A stretch of DNA of 63,304 nucleotides, filler included, from Globobulimina sp. (Eukaryota), in NCBI GenBank assembly GCA_003354225.1. It is 16 parts of 16 records of this genome, joined end to end, with 100 filler letters (N's around TTAATTAATTAA, not from the genome) between each part and the next. Parts side by side here need not be neighbours in the genome. Positions count along the whole stretch, not along the records: positions 1 to 3,868 come from PIVH01001966.1; positions 3,969 to 7,836 come from PIVH01001967.1; positions 7,937 to 11,803 come from PIVH01001968.1; 13 more parts are not named here. One strand, given 5' to 3'. The position numbers and the translations under genes were made by a program. Position 1 is the stretch's first letter. Every line of letters begins with the position of its first letter. The notes beneath the pieces are model-generated. The model was not told the DNA's origin, searched no databases, and worked only from the letters and a program-made list of their open reading frames with translations. Positions 1-11,903 of the stretch are shown one piece after another.

Positions 1-111
1 CTGGGAACGGGAACCGGTAATTTAGAATTCCGATATCTCAAATATATACAACTCAAACTTGACCAATTAAACCAATACGCATCACGTACACAGCATATAT
101 CATTGGTTAAG

Positions 112-1218
112 ATGTACCCAAAAAAGATCGAAAGCAATCAACAACAATCTCGTAACGCACATCGCCCCGCTACATTAAGTCCAAACCGCTACCTTAAGTC
201 CAGCGATCAATATCGCCGCGATAAAAATCGCTTAAATTTGCCTTTCAATGGACATGATTTGAGTTCTGTCACTAATCCGAAAACAAATAAGCGATTAAAT
301 ACCAGTGCGGCTGTCGCACAGCGATTGAATTTTGACGAGAAGCAAAATGATGGCGGCTCTTCACTGCCACAATTGCAAAATGATCCATTTTCTTCCCTCG
401 AATATAAATCACCACGTCGAGCACATCAACGACGACCAAAAAATGTGACAAATCGGAATAATATGTTCCAGCAAAATCATGCGAACCCTCAAAATGTTCA
501 ACTTGAAGAAAAAAATGATGTTCTGGGCAGGGGCATACGTTCAGAACAGAAACAATCGTTTTTTTATACGCCGCAGCGACATGTGGAGAATGGCCGTATT
601 CCACATTATAAGTCTCCGACTGGCTTTGTTGAAACTAAACAGCAATGGCAAACTTTGTCTGACCGCCGCAAAAATGTGAATGGTGTCAAATTGGCACAGT
701 TTAGTCCGAGAAATGATTATAAGTATAGAAATTCGAAGGATTTGGATATGTTTCGGGATGCAATAAATTGGTGTTTCTTTATGTTGTTTTTTTTCCCGCG
801 ACGGATTTATGTCGCGTTGATAGTGCAAAATCGGCCGCAGGATGTGTTTAAAATATCGTCTGTGGTGTTTGGCGCATTTGCGTTGATTACGTTTGTGGTG
901 AATGGGGATTTGACGATGTGGTGCAAGATCAGCGGAGTCTGTGCCATAATATGTGCAATTTGTGGCGGTGATCAATTTTATCCACAACAAGGGAGGCCGC
1001 AAAGGTTAGTGCCGAGATTTGGGATGAAGTGGAATGGGAGAGATGGAGATGGCAATCGGAATCACGGCAATCCATATACACCTACACCGGAAGGGATGCA
1101 ACGAGCACAGAGTGATAATACAAGCTTAAGTGCGCCGTATCCATTCGATCCAGCACTTTTGAGCGGGGATAACCAAAATGGAGGGTTTGCAAATAATGAG
1201 CAGTTGAGACCCGTTTAA
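112..1218 (+). CDS. Hypothetical membrane protein (disordered N/Q/R-rich N-terminus, 2-3 hydrophobic segments)
   Basis: Long open frame with first ATG at 112 and hydrophobic stretches (WCFFMLFFF, VVFGAFALITFVV, ISGVCAIICAIC). No family recognised. Confidence 0.6.
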   Translation: MYPKKIESNQQQSRNAHRPATLSPNRYLKSSDQYRRDKNRLNLPFNGHDLSSVTNPKTNKRLNTSAAVAQRLNFDEKQNDGGSSLPQLQNDPFSSLEYKSPRRAHQRRPKNVTNRNNMFQQNHANPQNVQLEEKNDVLGRGIRSEQKQSFFYTPQRHVENGRIPHYKSPTGFVETKQQWQTLSDRRKNVNGVKLAQFSPRNDYKYRNSKDLDMFRDAINWCFFMLFFFPRRIYVALIVQNRPQDVFKISSVVFGAFALITFVVNGDLTMWCKISGVCAIICAICGGDQFYPQQGRPQRLVPRFGMKWNGRDGDGNRNHGNPYTPTPEGMQRAQSDNTSLSAPYPFDPALLSGDNQNGGFANNEQLRPV

Positions 1219-1421
1219 TTATATATAACGTTTAATTATAATTCATTAAATTGATCTAACATTGATATTTAAATTGTTGTATTGCATTGTATCACTTCAT
1301 TTTGTTTTTTATACATTGTTAAAGTTTTGAAATTTCGTTCCCAACTCCAGTGTCCATGTAACATTGCATGAGCGTGGATATCTAAACTTTACATGAGCGT
1401 GGATTCTATAAACATTACTAT

Positions 1422-1603
1422 TGACTTTTTAGGTTCACACTTCTAAACACTTCTTTTGTGATTGGCAAGGTTTTTGTGTTAGCTAGAGTAGTTTTCAACC
1501 TAGTATTCGAATCCTAGTATTCAAAGTTGAAAACCACTCTAGCTAACCCAAAAACCTTGCCAATCACAAAAGAAGTGTTTAGAAGTGTGAACCTAAAAAG
1601 TCA
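1422..1603. mobile_element. Palindromic MITE/foldback-like element
   Basis: 78-bp arms at 1422-1499 and 1526-1603 are inverted copies with 2 mismatches. The 26-bp spacer carries two CTAGTATTC units, TAT flanks both sides, and a related sequence occurs at 43408-43508. Confidence 0.8.
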
Positions 1604-2075
1604 TATGTCTACAATTTGTATACCCGTTACCTGTGTACGTGCTGCTTATTTCTGAACATGTACAAATGTGAATTCTTATTACTTTAGAATAGGGCGTGTT
1701 AGAAACACTCCGTTTTAAAAAATTTTTCAACTTAATATTTAATTTAATAGAGTGGAGTACTACGCAGTAGAAACACAATAATAATAATAAATAAAATACA
1801 ATGAAACGAGACAGAGTTAACTAACGTTAATTGTATGTTGTGTACCAAATAAAAACGAAAACAATATTTGACACAAACAATACAATTAATTATTTCAAAA
1901 AAATCACAACTATGGAAAAAGGAAACATGCCCAAAAAAAAGCATAAACAAACAAACATCACGTTACATGCATCAGAACCCAAACCCACAAATTAATGAAA
2001 CAGGTACACGTACACAAACTCAAAAGGTCACTCACAACACACAAAACACCAAAACACAAACACACCAAGCAAATG

Positions 2076-3441
2076 TTACGAAATATATCGATAGAAATTT
2101 ACATCAATATTATTCTTATTTATTTTCTTTCCTTTTTTAGAAAATTTGTTCACGATTTGTTTTTTATATTTTCTGAAATACATATTAAACCAACGATGCT
2201 TTAAAATATCCATTCCATTCAATCTTTTTGTGTCGTGAATATTTAATAAACCATTCAAAACAGAAAATGAATTACAATTAAAATATTTTAAAAAATTATT
2301 GACTGATAAATATTGCTTCAATTGATTAGATTTTAGCGCCCAGCGACCACTCCCAAATTTATGAATATCTAAGGGTTTATATAATTGTTTACCAACAGTC
2401 AGACATTCGAACAAAATGATTCCGAGCATCCAATTATCGGCCAAACGTCCATCATATATATCACCTGCAAACACTTTGGGCGATGAAAATCCGTCATTGT
2501 GCAAAGATAAACCTGTTTTATAGCATAAAAAAACATTTGATTTTGAATTCTCATTCTTAGCGTTAAATAATTCGGCTACACCGAAGTCGCATATTTTTAT
2601 ACTTATATTCGGATTGATTATCAATCCATTTCTCGTTGAAATAAATATTTCTTCATCGCCACAATCAATCATAATATTTTCGCTGCAAATATCCAAATGA
2701 CAACCTTTTTTTGTATAATATTAAAAAAAAAACAGAGTATATATATGTTGTATATATATATTGCATACAATGCATTGAAATATGTAGCCACTGAATGGTT
2801 ACACATAACTGCCACAATAAATATTTTATTATTTTACGATACTTTTTCAGGGATAATTTGCCGTTTTGTATATATTCTTTTGATTTATTGATAAATTGTT
2901 TTAAGTTGGTTTGAGTTGGAATATATTCCATTACTAAATAATAATCAGTCTCAGATTCAAAGAAATCAATATATTGCGCAATATAGTTACCAATGGGTTT
3001 ATTTTCCACTGTTAAATATTTTAATATTGAGGCTTCTTTGCAAATATTCTCCGAGACACAAAAATTCATCTCCTCTTCAACCGCGATTCGCTCCTTAAAC
3101 AAATATTTTTCAGTTCTTTTTATTGCAACATATTTAGGGCCATTTTTATTTTCATTAATAACTGATGCTTTATACAACTCGCCTTGCAGTGTATCGCATA
3201 TTTTATTCATTCTCGAATATCCATGATTACCAATTAAAAGTTTTTCATCTACATTTGATAATTGTGTTATTAATGATAGCATATCGACGGATAATGATTC
3301 CGACGGGCGTCTGCTTGAATAGCTTGATACCGATGATTCGACTGATATGCTACTATTTGACTGACATGCACTGTCTGCCCGACCAACAGATATTTGTTCC
3401 GTTACTGATTGTAATAAACGTATTGAAGGACTTGAATTCAT
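2076..3441 (-). CDS. Ser/Thr protein kinase, atypical catalytic loop (2 exons; intron 2705-2768)
   Basis: VAIK, LVMEY, spliced catalytic loop CCHLDICSENIM, ICDFG and DNWMLG. A GTATGC...AAAG intron joins ORFs 2665-3447 and 2076-2696. Confidence 0.9.
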
Positions 3442-3868
3442 GTTCAAGCGTTGAACAGTATGTAATTCTAGTAGTAGTTAGGGAAAAATTCTTAATTAAA
3501 AATATACAACAAAAAACAATAATCTCAGCATTTTTTTGTAATAAATATTTCTCTTTATTTCATTTTCTTTTTTTCTTTTGCATTGTCATCAATTTTATAT
3601 TAATTATGATTACACATCAAAACAGCAAATACAAAAACCGTCTGAATATCATATGTATTTGCTGTTTTGATTACTTTGTCAGTACTCGTATTTAGAAGGT
3701 TCTATTTTCAGATTTTTAGATCCTATGTATTTGTTATCACCATATTCCTGGTGCGCAAGGATAAATATAGCAACGAGTGTTGCTAATATGTTTTTATTTG
3801 TTATTTTTGATTATATTTTGTTGCATAACTTCAGATATGGTTTATTCCTCTTCCTTTTCTTCTTTTTC

Positions 3869-3968
3869 NNNNNNNNNNNNNNNNNNNNNNNNNNNNNNNN
3901 NNNNNNNNNNNNTTAATTAATTAANNNNNNNNNNNNNNNNNNNNNNNNNNNNNNNNNNNNNNNNNNNN
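3869..3968. other. Artificial contig spacer (N44-TTAATTAATTAA-N44); first of 15 identical spacers
   Basis: Identical 100-bp linkers with six-frame stops start at 3869, 7837, 11804, 15770, 19736, 23700, 27663, 31625, 35587, 39548, 43509, 47469, 51429, 55388 and 59347. The intervening contig lengths never increase (3868 to 3858 bp). Confidence 0.99.
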
Positions 3969-4014
3969 ACCCCACACTCTCTGTTGCTTTATATTTTATA
4001 TCATTTCTATCCTC

Positions 4015-5079
4015 TCACTCATTCATAGGCATAGCGAGTATATGCAAAATACCAAAGTTCTCTGTGGGTTTGTCACTAAAATCAATGCCATACAATAACA
4101 GATTGACCTCATCCGCGTCCACATCCGCATCATGTATGATGGGCAAACTATTATTATTGCTATTTGGTGCCGGCACTAAATAATTATTAATATTGGGTGG
4201 CTGACCCGGTTCAGCATCATAAACATCGTTAAAATCGCCATCTAATATGGACACCATTAAGTTACTGTTGCTCGCAGCGTCCGCCATTTCATCCGCCATG
4301 TTTACATATTGTGTGGTGGACTGATTTATGCTCTCTTTATCCAGACTCAATTGGCTGTTGTTGCTGTAGCCAGAATGTGGGCGAACAATATCCTTTGCAT
4401 ATTCCTCGCTGTTATGATTCGACAGTATGGGTTTGGTGAACGTCATTGGTGCCCTCGGTGGCGGTGTTTCTGGTGTTTTTGGCCTCATTCTGCCCAATGA
4501 CGTCGATTTATTGTCCGCCGGTTCCACACTGTCGTTGGTGTCATAGCTATCTTTCGAGTCAGTGTCTGAGTCGGTGTCGTTATCCGATCCGTATACAAAA
4601 CGTTTCTTTTTGTAGTTTGGTGTGAATTTCACCTGGTTTTTTTTAGCTGAATTACGGTGCGTGTTATTGTCGCCAATCATTGGTGGTGGCGGGGAGGCGG
4701 TGACTGCGATAGCGGATGGATACGATGGAGGGATTATATTATTAGGCTGCTGCTGGGAGGTTATACTCGGTATATTATATTGTTTGTTGTTGTAATTATT
4801 CGACCAGTTTAGAGAAACGTTGTGCTGTTGGGACGATGTTGAATGCCATCCAGAGAACAATGCAGATGCAATGGATGTTTGTTGCGATTGATTATTGCCG
4901 TCATTGCTATCCAGTTTTTGTAGGCTCTGCAAAGGTGAGGCGGTGTATTCGTTTTGGTGTTGTTGGTTTGCATTGTTTGGTCCTGGTTCCTCAGCTGATG
5001 GTAAGTAGTATAAAATATAGTTATTACAAGTAATATAAAACAACATACACCAATTTAGAAAGTTTGATAAGTAGTTCAT
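4015..5079 (-). CDS. Hypothetical low-complexity (N/S/P/D-rich) protein; probable in-frame intron near the 5' end
   Basis: 354-codon ORF. The AT-rich segment at about 4995-5048 has GTATGT...CAG ends. No family recognised. Confidence 0.5.
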   Translation of the reverse strand: MNYLSNFLNWCMLFYITCNNYILYYLPSAEEPGPNNANQQHQNEYTASPLQSLQKLDSNDGNNQSQQTSIASALFSGWHSTSSQQHNVSLNWSNNYNNKQYNIPSITSQQQPNNIIPPSYPSAIAVTASPPPPMIGDNNTHRNSAKKNQVKFTPNYKKKRFVYGSDNDTDSDTDSKDSYDTNDSVEPADNKSTSLGRMRPKTPETPPPRAPMTFTKPILSNHNSEEYAKDIVRPHSGYSNNSQLSLDKESINQSTTQYVNMADEMADAASNSNLMVSILDGDFNDVYDAEPGQPPNINNYLVPAPNSNNNSLPIIHDADVDADEVNLLLYGIDFSDKPTENFGILHILAMPMNE

Positions 5080-5179
5080 AATATAGGACGCAATGGAACT
5101 GTTGAGTGTTCAATGCAAAATTGCCAAAAACAGTGCAGTGAACAATTTTTTTTTCTTCGAATACACTGGCAGCGGCAGC

Positions 5180-6581
5180 ATGTCCTCGCTGTCTTTTCGA
5201 GGAGATGGTTCAGTGTTTAAATTGGGTAAATACTCAAGTAATTGGTTGAAAATAAGCAATACAAACTTCGCAATGAAATATAATAAATCATCAGGTTCAT
5301 TTCAATTAATCATTAATGATTTTGCATCAATGCAAGAGATTTATAATTTGCAACCTAAAGTACAGGTAAATGAAAATTATAGCATCATTATAAAATCAAC
5401 CAACAAGTCGAAACATGCCTTATCAATCAATTTTAATTCACAAAATGATGCAAAAATGTGTATCAAATGGTTACTAAAAGTAAAAAAAGTACAAATATCT
5501 TACTCAAATAACAACAATGATATCGTTATTCCCGCAGCATCACAATCATTATTATTTGCGTCAGAAACAACATCAAAGCGACCAAAACAAGCAGAGACCA
5601 AAAAGAAACACAAACAAACGAAACAATCACAGTTAAAGTCGTCATATTCGCATGAAACACATAAAAGAAAATTGCGGAGATCACAAAGAAGAATATCAAA
5701 AATCAAAGCAAAGTTTCACGATCGTGAAGCAGCAGAATTTAGCACCACGGAACAAGTAATTATATATTTGGTATATACCTTGGTTATAATTATCCCGATT
5801 TTTTGGTTTTTTTGTTTCAAAATTGTGTCTCAATTCGAAATGGGCGTTGTATTGAGATTGGGTAAAATACGCGGAAAGGCATTACGATGTGGAATGCATA
5901 TAATTTTGCCATTTATTGATGATTTAAGGATTATTGATATGAGAGTGCAAACTATCAAATTGAAGCGAACTCATATTTTATGTGCTGACGGGTTAAGCAT
6001 TAAGATCAAAGCTGTGATATTTACGCAAGTTATCAATCCATGGCCAGTTGGAATGGGAGGTACATTTTTAAGTTGTTTGCATGTTATTTTTAGATTATAA
6101 TATATATATATTTTGATGTTGTTTGATAAAATTAACGTTGAAAGGTGGAAATTGTAACAGTTGGTTTAGGAATTTGGCCTATCCGATATTGCGCGATGTG
6201 ATTGGCAAATATGTGTTGATGGATTTGTTGGAAGGAAGGGAGGAAATAAATAATTCGTTAACTTATTTGTTCCAGAAAGAAACTTATCGATATGGTGTGA
6301 ATGTATGTAATTTTGAGATATTGAATATGATCGTTCCTAAGGAACAGCAACGAAGCATTGCTTCTGCGGCAGAAGCAGAAAGAAGTCAACTTGCAACAGT
6401 TATTGCTGCAATCGCTGAAGTTGAATGCGCGGATAATTTGAATAAAGCAGCCAAACAAATGAATGCGTCAAAGGGCGCATTGATATTACGATATTTGCAT
6501 ACTATCAATAAAATTGGTAAGGAACAGAATACCACCATTTATTTCCCATATCTTATGCATTTCAATATGTTCCAAGATTAG
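5180..6581 (+). CDS. Stomatin/SPFH (band 7) protein with N-terminal PH-like (RanBD/EVH1-type) region; intron 6060-6144
   Basis: TM segment, then FKIVSQFEMGVVLRLGK, ILPFID, DMRVQT, LRDVIG, REEIN, AEAER and ALILRYL (stomatin signature). The intron restores the frame between ORFs 5093-6100 and 6123-6581. Confidence 0.88.
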
Positions 6582-6621
6582 TGTACAATTTGTATAATAT
6601 GTTTAATTAATATTTGTAATT

Positions 6622-7836
6622 TTATAGATTCCCCATGATAGTAACGTCAACATCGACATCTTGCTTAATTTGAACATTTCCAGCCACAGAGTTCCCCACA
6701 ACAATGCCTTTCTGAGTTCCATTTCGGAAATAACATTGAGGTGTATTCAAATAAAAGTTATTTCCAATCAACTTTACAATCCCATTGTTGACCTGTATTG
6801 CAGCACTATCATTGTTGTATATGACATCCCATTCTTGCATTTGACAGTTACTAAATGAAACAGAACAATCGCCATTCACCTGAGATATATATTGCATGCC
6901 TCCCCAAAACATACAATTCACGAATTGAATCGATCCTTTTTTGTCCTCATTGATTAACACCGCAACTGGAACACTGCTCGAATTTAATTGCGTATTCCTC
7001 ATCGCTACAAATTCTCCATTGGTGATAACTATGCCCCATTTTTTAACAGATTCAATGTTAACAGATACATTGTTACAAGCATCGCTTCCAATTCCTAGAA
7101 AATTGCCGGATGGAGAGCCAGCGTCTGTTTCTATAAAGGAATAACCGATAGCATAGCCCCAAGAAAATGTATTGAACATATATTCCCAATCTATTATGCC
7201 CCAAAAAAAAGATCTCAAAGCAAATAATATTAATAGATCATACCTGTTCGTCCCAATACAAATGACGTACCGTAGAATTGCTGCACTTTCCAATACGAAG
7301 GTTCATGGCAATAATTACTTTTAAACTGCACATTTTCAATGCGACCGATATCGTAACACTCATCGACATATATTCCTATTTTGATGGGTTGCCCTGTGAC
7401 TCTGGCAATAAAATGGCGAGCAGCACCAACTGCATATATACCAATCCATGAATTTAATAATTCGATGTTTTGAATAGTAATATCAGCGGCTGATGCATAT
7501 ATTGTTGGTGGATACGAAACGGGCACCACGCCACTTTGACAGACAACGTCTGGATAAAATATGACCATTCCTCGAATGACTGAGTGCTGTTTCAAAGTAA
7601 CAAATGAGTTTTTTGAATCATTGAAAGCCAGTCCCCGACCATGCAATGGGGCGAGGACCGTGCCATCAGAGATATCATTGATTGAACTGTTTGACTTTGA
7701 CTGTGTTAATGTGTGGATAGGAGCGGTTAAATACGTTCCTATCAAAGACACTCCCGCTGGAATTGTAATAATGCCATTAAAATAGTAATGACCGGACGGG
7801 ACATATACCAATGTTCCACCCATTGCAAATGATGCA
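6622..7836 (-). CDS. Pectate-lyase-3-like right-handed beta-helix carbohydrate-active protein, 5' truncated; intron 7191-7243
   Basis: GGTLVYVPSGHYYF..ITIPAGVSLIG N-terminal motif, spliced FVLGRTDWEYMFNTF, and beta-helix-like periodicity. Confidence 0.75.
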
Positions 7837-7948
7837 NNNNNNNNNNNNNNNNNNNNNNNNNNNNNNNNNNNNNNNNNNNNTTAATTAATTAANNNNNNNN
7901 NNNNNNNNNNNNNNNNNNNNNNNNNNNNNNNNNNNNATCTTGAAAGTG

Positions 7949-10900
7949 TCACGGTGACGGCTCCAACTCCTGCAGAACTTCGCCGCTCGACCGCCCCCTG
8001 GGCAGCAACTGTTCATCTTCGATTCGTTGCAACGACGGCAAACCCGACAATGTTCGCGATTCATTATCGATTTGTTGCGCATTTGTAATAATATCAGCAA
8101 TGCATTTCAATCCATGCAAGCGATCATTATTTAACTTATTATTATTCAACGTCTCTTTAAATTTATTCAAAATATCTTGTCCTCTCACTATAGATTCATT
8201 CATCTGATGTACATATTCTTTATTAAATGCGTCAATCATTTGTTTGCGCTTTGCTTTATCCAACACACCGTCCGAATCCACCACCATCTCCATTCTATGC
8301 ACTCCGTCGCGTACATTGACGCGGGTCTCTTTACGCTTTCTTTCTATATGTTTGTGTGCTGCGGCTGGTTTTTCCTTTTCTTCCTTTTCCAATTTATTAT
8401 CCAACACAGTACAATCTCGCATCGACATTTCCGTCAAATGTATGATAGTCTCCACCAGAAATTGCAGCCTCTCAAAGAAAACAGTCGCCATTGACATGCC
8501 TTCCGATGGGAATGAGATTAAATGATCAAAAAAAGCATCCAATTCATTGTTGATGAAGCTAAATGAGTCCGTTATAAATGTGCCCCACGTTACTTGTGTG
8601 TCGTCAATGTCAGACTCAGTGTCAGCCTCATCCAGCGGGACTGGAGCAGTATTATGCACTTTGAATGTCATTAACAATCTGTTTTTAGCCATTTCCTGTT
8701 CCTGCGGTGGGATCCAAGTCTCCTTTCCCGCGGCGCGTTTGATCCAAATCGCCACGCGGTTCATAGATAAATCCATCCAATAACTTAATCGTTCAAATAT
8801 TTCATACTGCACAAAGGAGAATATTTCGCCTACATTTAGATGCATGTTTTGCTTATTTATATTTGCTATTTTATAGCAAATTGCCTCTAATCTGTCCTGT
8901 ATTTTATGTGCGCCGCATAATAATAATTTGTATGATATATCCAATGAATGTGGATTGTTCATGAAAGAGCCAGCAAATTCCTTTCCACATTCATGAGCTA
9001 AATGCCGTATGCCAATGACAGGAATATTTTGGAATATTTTCCCTTTCCATAAGGCAATGGAGATGGAATAATCCGTATCGATCAAATGCAAAATATCCTC
9101 AATATATTCCCACCACTCCTGTTGCACCTCGTTGTTACTAAAATGTTTATTTAATACTTTTTGATGCTTTTTTTCAATCTCTTCACTGCTTAATGTTTGC
9201 AGTTGATTCTCTTTATCAGAATATGAATATTCTGCAGCTAATTTAAAAGATATCTGTTGAATATCTCGTTCATTTTGTTTGGTTGTGGGTGATGTCACAG
9301 AGACAACACTCACTGATTTATCCCTAGTATTGCTAATATCCATTATATCATTGACAATGCCTTGTAATTGGTGCATATCCGTAGTGGTAAACATCGACAG
9401 AGTGATTTTATTTTGATCGCTGAGGCATTTATATGCTTTCTCGATGGATAACTTATGATATTCCGACAGAAACGCACGGATTTGTTTGAATGTGGTTTTG
9501 GTCGATTTGCGGATCATAGTTTCAAACATATCCGTCAACGATATAAATATCTGCAATAATTGCACCACTGTCTTCGGTCGAACATTGTCGTGTAATTTCT
9601 GGAAATATGACTCCAATGTCGCTAATATATGCTGCGTGGCATTGGTGCACAATTTGCGTTCTCTCCGTGATAAGTCGTTGATGTTCAATTTACTCAAAAT
9701 AAACAAAAAATGTTTCAAATTGGTTAACATATCGGGGAAAAATAAACAAGACAACTCAAACGCTGATACATTTACAAATTGCTGTCCAATGTTTAGCAAA
9801 TCATCCAATATCCACAATGGATTGTCCTCCTCCTCGTAAATGTCATCTTTATTCTCATCTTTTGATTGCTCGATAAATTTGATTGACGCACTCATTAATA
9901 ATATTAATTCTGTCATGGCACTTAAACAATTTGTTTTTTTCAACATGGAATACAATATAATAATGTCATTGATTTTGTTCATTAATTGCGTACGTTGCTG
10001 ATTGGTGTACATTTCTTTAGTTTGATGGAAAGAACATTGATATAACACATCAGACAATAAATCGTTATAAATTATTTTACAAATCTCAATGATGCCATCA
10101 TCAGAGGTAATATCTATATTATTTATGATGTATCTCTCCTCACAGTCACACCGGTCCTCGTCTGTAATGCAAATATATTCAAATTGTAACCGCATTAAAC
10201 ACGACATAAAGTCATTGATTTTGCGCGATCGCAAGCGTATATTGTCAATAAAATACAACTTATCCTTCTTCTTTTTATCAGGCGGCAGTTGGTCCACTAC
10301 ATTGTATAAAGAACACAAATGAATGTGCCATAGCAATGCATTTAACGTCTCGCTCATTATATAACTGCCAATGGCGATATTATCCTCTTTAATATCCATC
10401 AAATGTTTATCTTTATCCTCCATCATCGAATGTGTATTATTTGCATTTTTATCCTCATTTAGGATTCCAAGGGTATTCTCGCCGGATAATACATCATCAA
10501 TCATAGCAATCAAATCATTGGCTTTGCTTTTTGTGCGCGCAATGGACTCAGTTAACGACTCTGATTTGGTTAATAGCGGCGGCGCCATTTTTTCTTCAAA
10601 TTCGTTTTCATTTTCGACTGCCTTTTCATGTGCGTGTGCAGTGTGGTTGTAATAGGGAGAAATATCAAAAATAGCGCAGCGAACCCAGGTTCTACGTCGA
10701 TAGTTACATTTTATAATAATTTTATTCTCAGGATTCCAATCCGTATCATCTTTGCTGCACTTATTAGCATACGACCAGCCACGATCTATATTTGTATTAA
10801 ACAATTCATGTAACTCATTCTCCTCATTTTGTGACAACAAACAGACGGTTTTATCGATTTTTATTTGTAACAAATCGCCGTGCGGTGTACATGAATTTAT

Positions 10901-11803
10901 ATTTATTTTGCTATTTTGAGCTTTTTTGTTTCCTTTCATTTTGCGGAACAATTTCTTGGCGTTTTTCTTAATCCGGATCCGTTTTTTCTTCTTCTTTTTC
11001 TGCAGTGGCTGTGGAGAGTAATCCGGGGCAATGCCATTTATCTCAGGCATCCGTGAAGGCGTTGTGTTGTGGTAGTAATCATCAGAGTTGCTGGTATTTT
11101 GCCGCATGGATATCGGTGTGGAGCCCGACGTGGATGTGGATGTGGAGAGAGTTGGAGGCGTAGTGCAGCTCATATACTTCAATGAGTGTAGTCTTACAAT
11201 GTCATTGTTGTATAATGTATTGTCAGTATTTGGGTTGGAAGAGGAGTCAGCATCGACACAGCACCAATTCTCGGACCACTTCCAGGTGCCTTGTCTATGG
11301 TTGTTGTGGTCCAAATTACTTAATTTGATGTCATAGGGCGTTTGAATTGTTTTTAATGCTTTCATTTTTTGGTCATACCAACCGTTTTGGTATGTTTTCC
11401 ATTTCGAAGATTGATTGATTTCGATTTGGTGGATTATATATTCGTACATATTGCTATTGCGGTTGCTATGGTTGTTTTCATCATATTTGAAATCCAATTC
11501 CTTTTCTATGATTATAAAATATATGAAATATGTAATTTTCATTATGTATGTATAGCATACCTTCATTTATATGGTTCAGAGATGCTGCGGAATGGACTTT
11601 AGTTATTTTAGAAACAAATTGTTTTTTTGCAACTCTTTTCCAACATCGTTTACGGCATAAATGTGATGATGAAAATTGATTTTTACTCCATTTTTTTGAT
11701 TGGAAATGATCAGAATATATCCATCCATTTTCATCTGTTTGCCATTTTTGTGTTTTATCAAATATGTATTGCGTCTCTAGTTTGTATTCATGCAAATTGT
11801 TTA
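7949..11803 (-). CDS. Large protein with DysF (dysferlin/Pex24-type) domains and C-terminal MUN/Munc13-like helical region; 5' truncated; intron 11506-11560
   Basis: TDENGWIYS...RKRCWKR and WKWSENW..D / DRGWSYA...RRRTWVR match DysF halves. WM...VAIWIKRAAGKETWIP resembles MHD1 of the Munc13/PATROL family. Confidence 0.6.
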
Positions 11804-11903
11804 NNNNNNNNNNNNNNNNNNNNNNNNNNNNNNNNNNNNNNNNNNNNTTAATTAATTAANNNNNNNNNNNNNNNNNNNNNNNNNNNNNNNNNNNNNNNNN
11901 NNN

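Noticed and set aside
1500-1525. CRISPR-like array from CCTAGTATTC units (also 43447-43495)
   Set aside because: Units are about 10-14 bp with no unique spacers and no cas genes.
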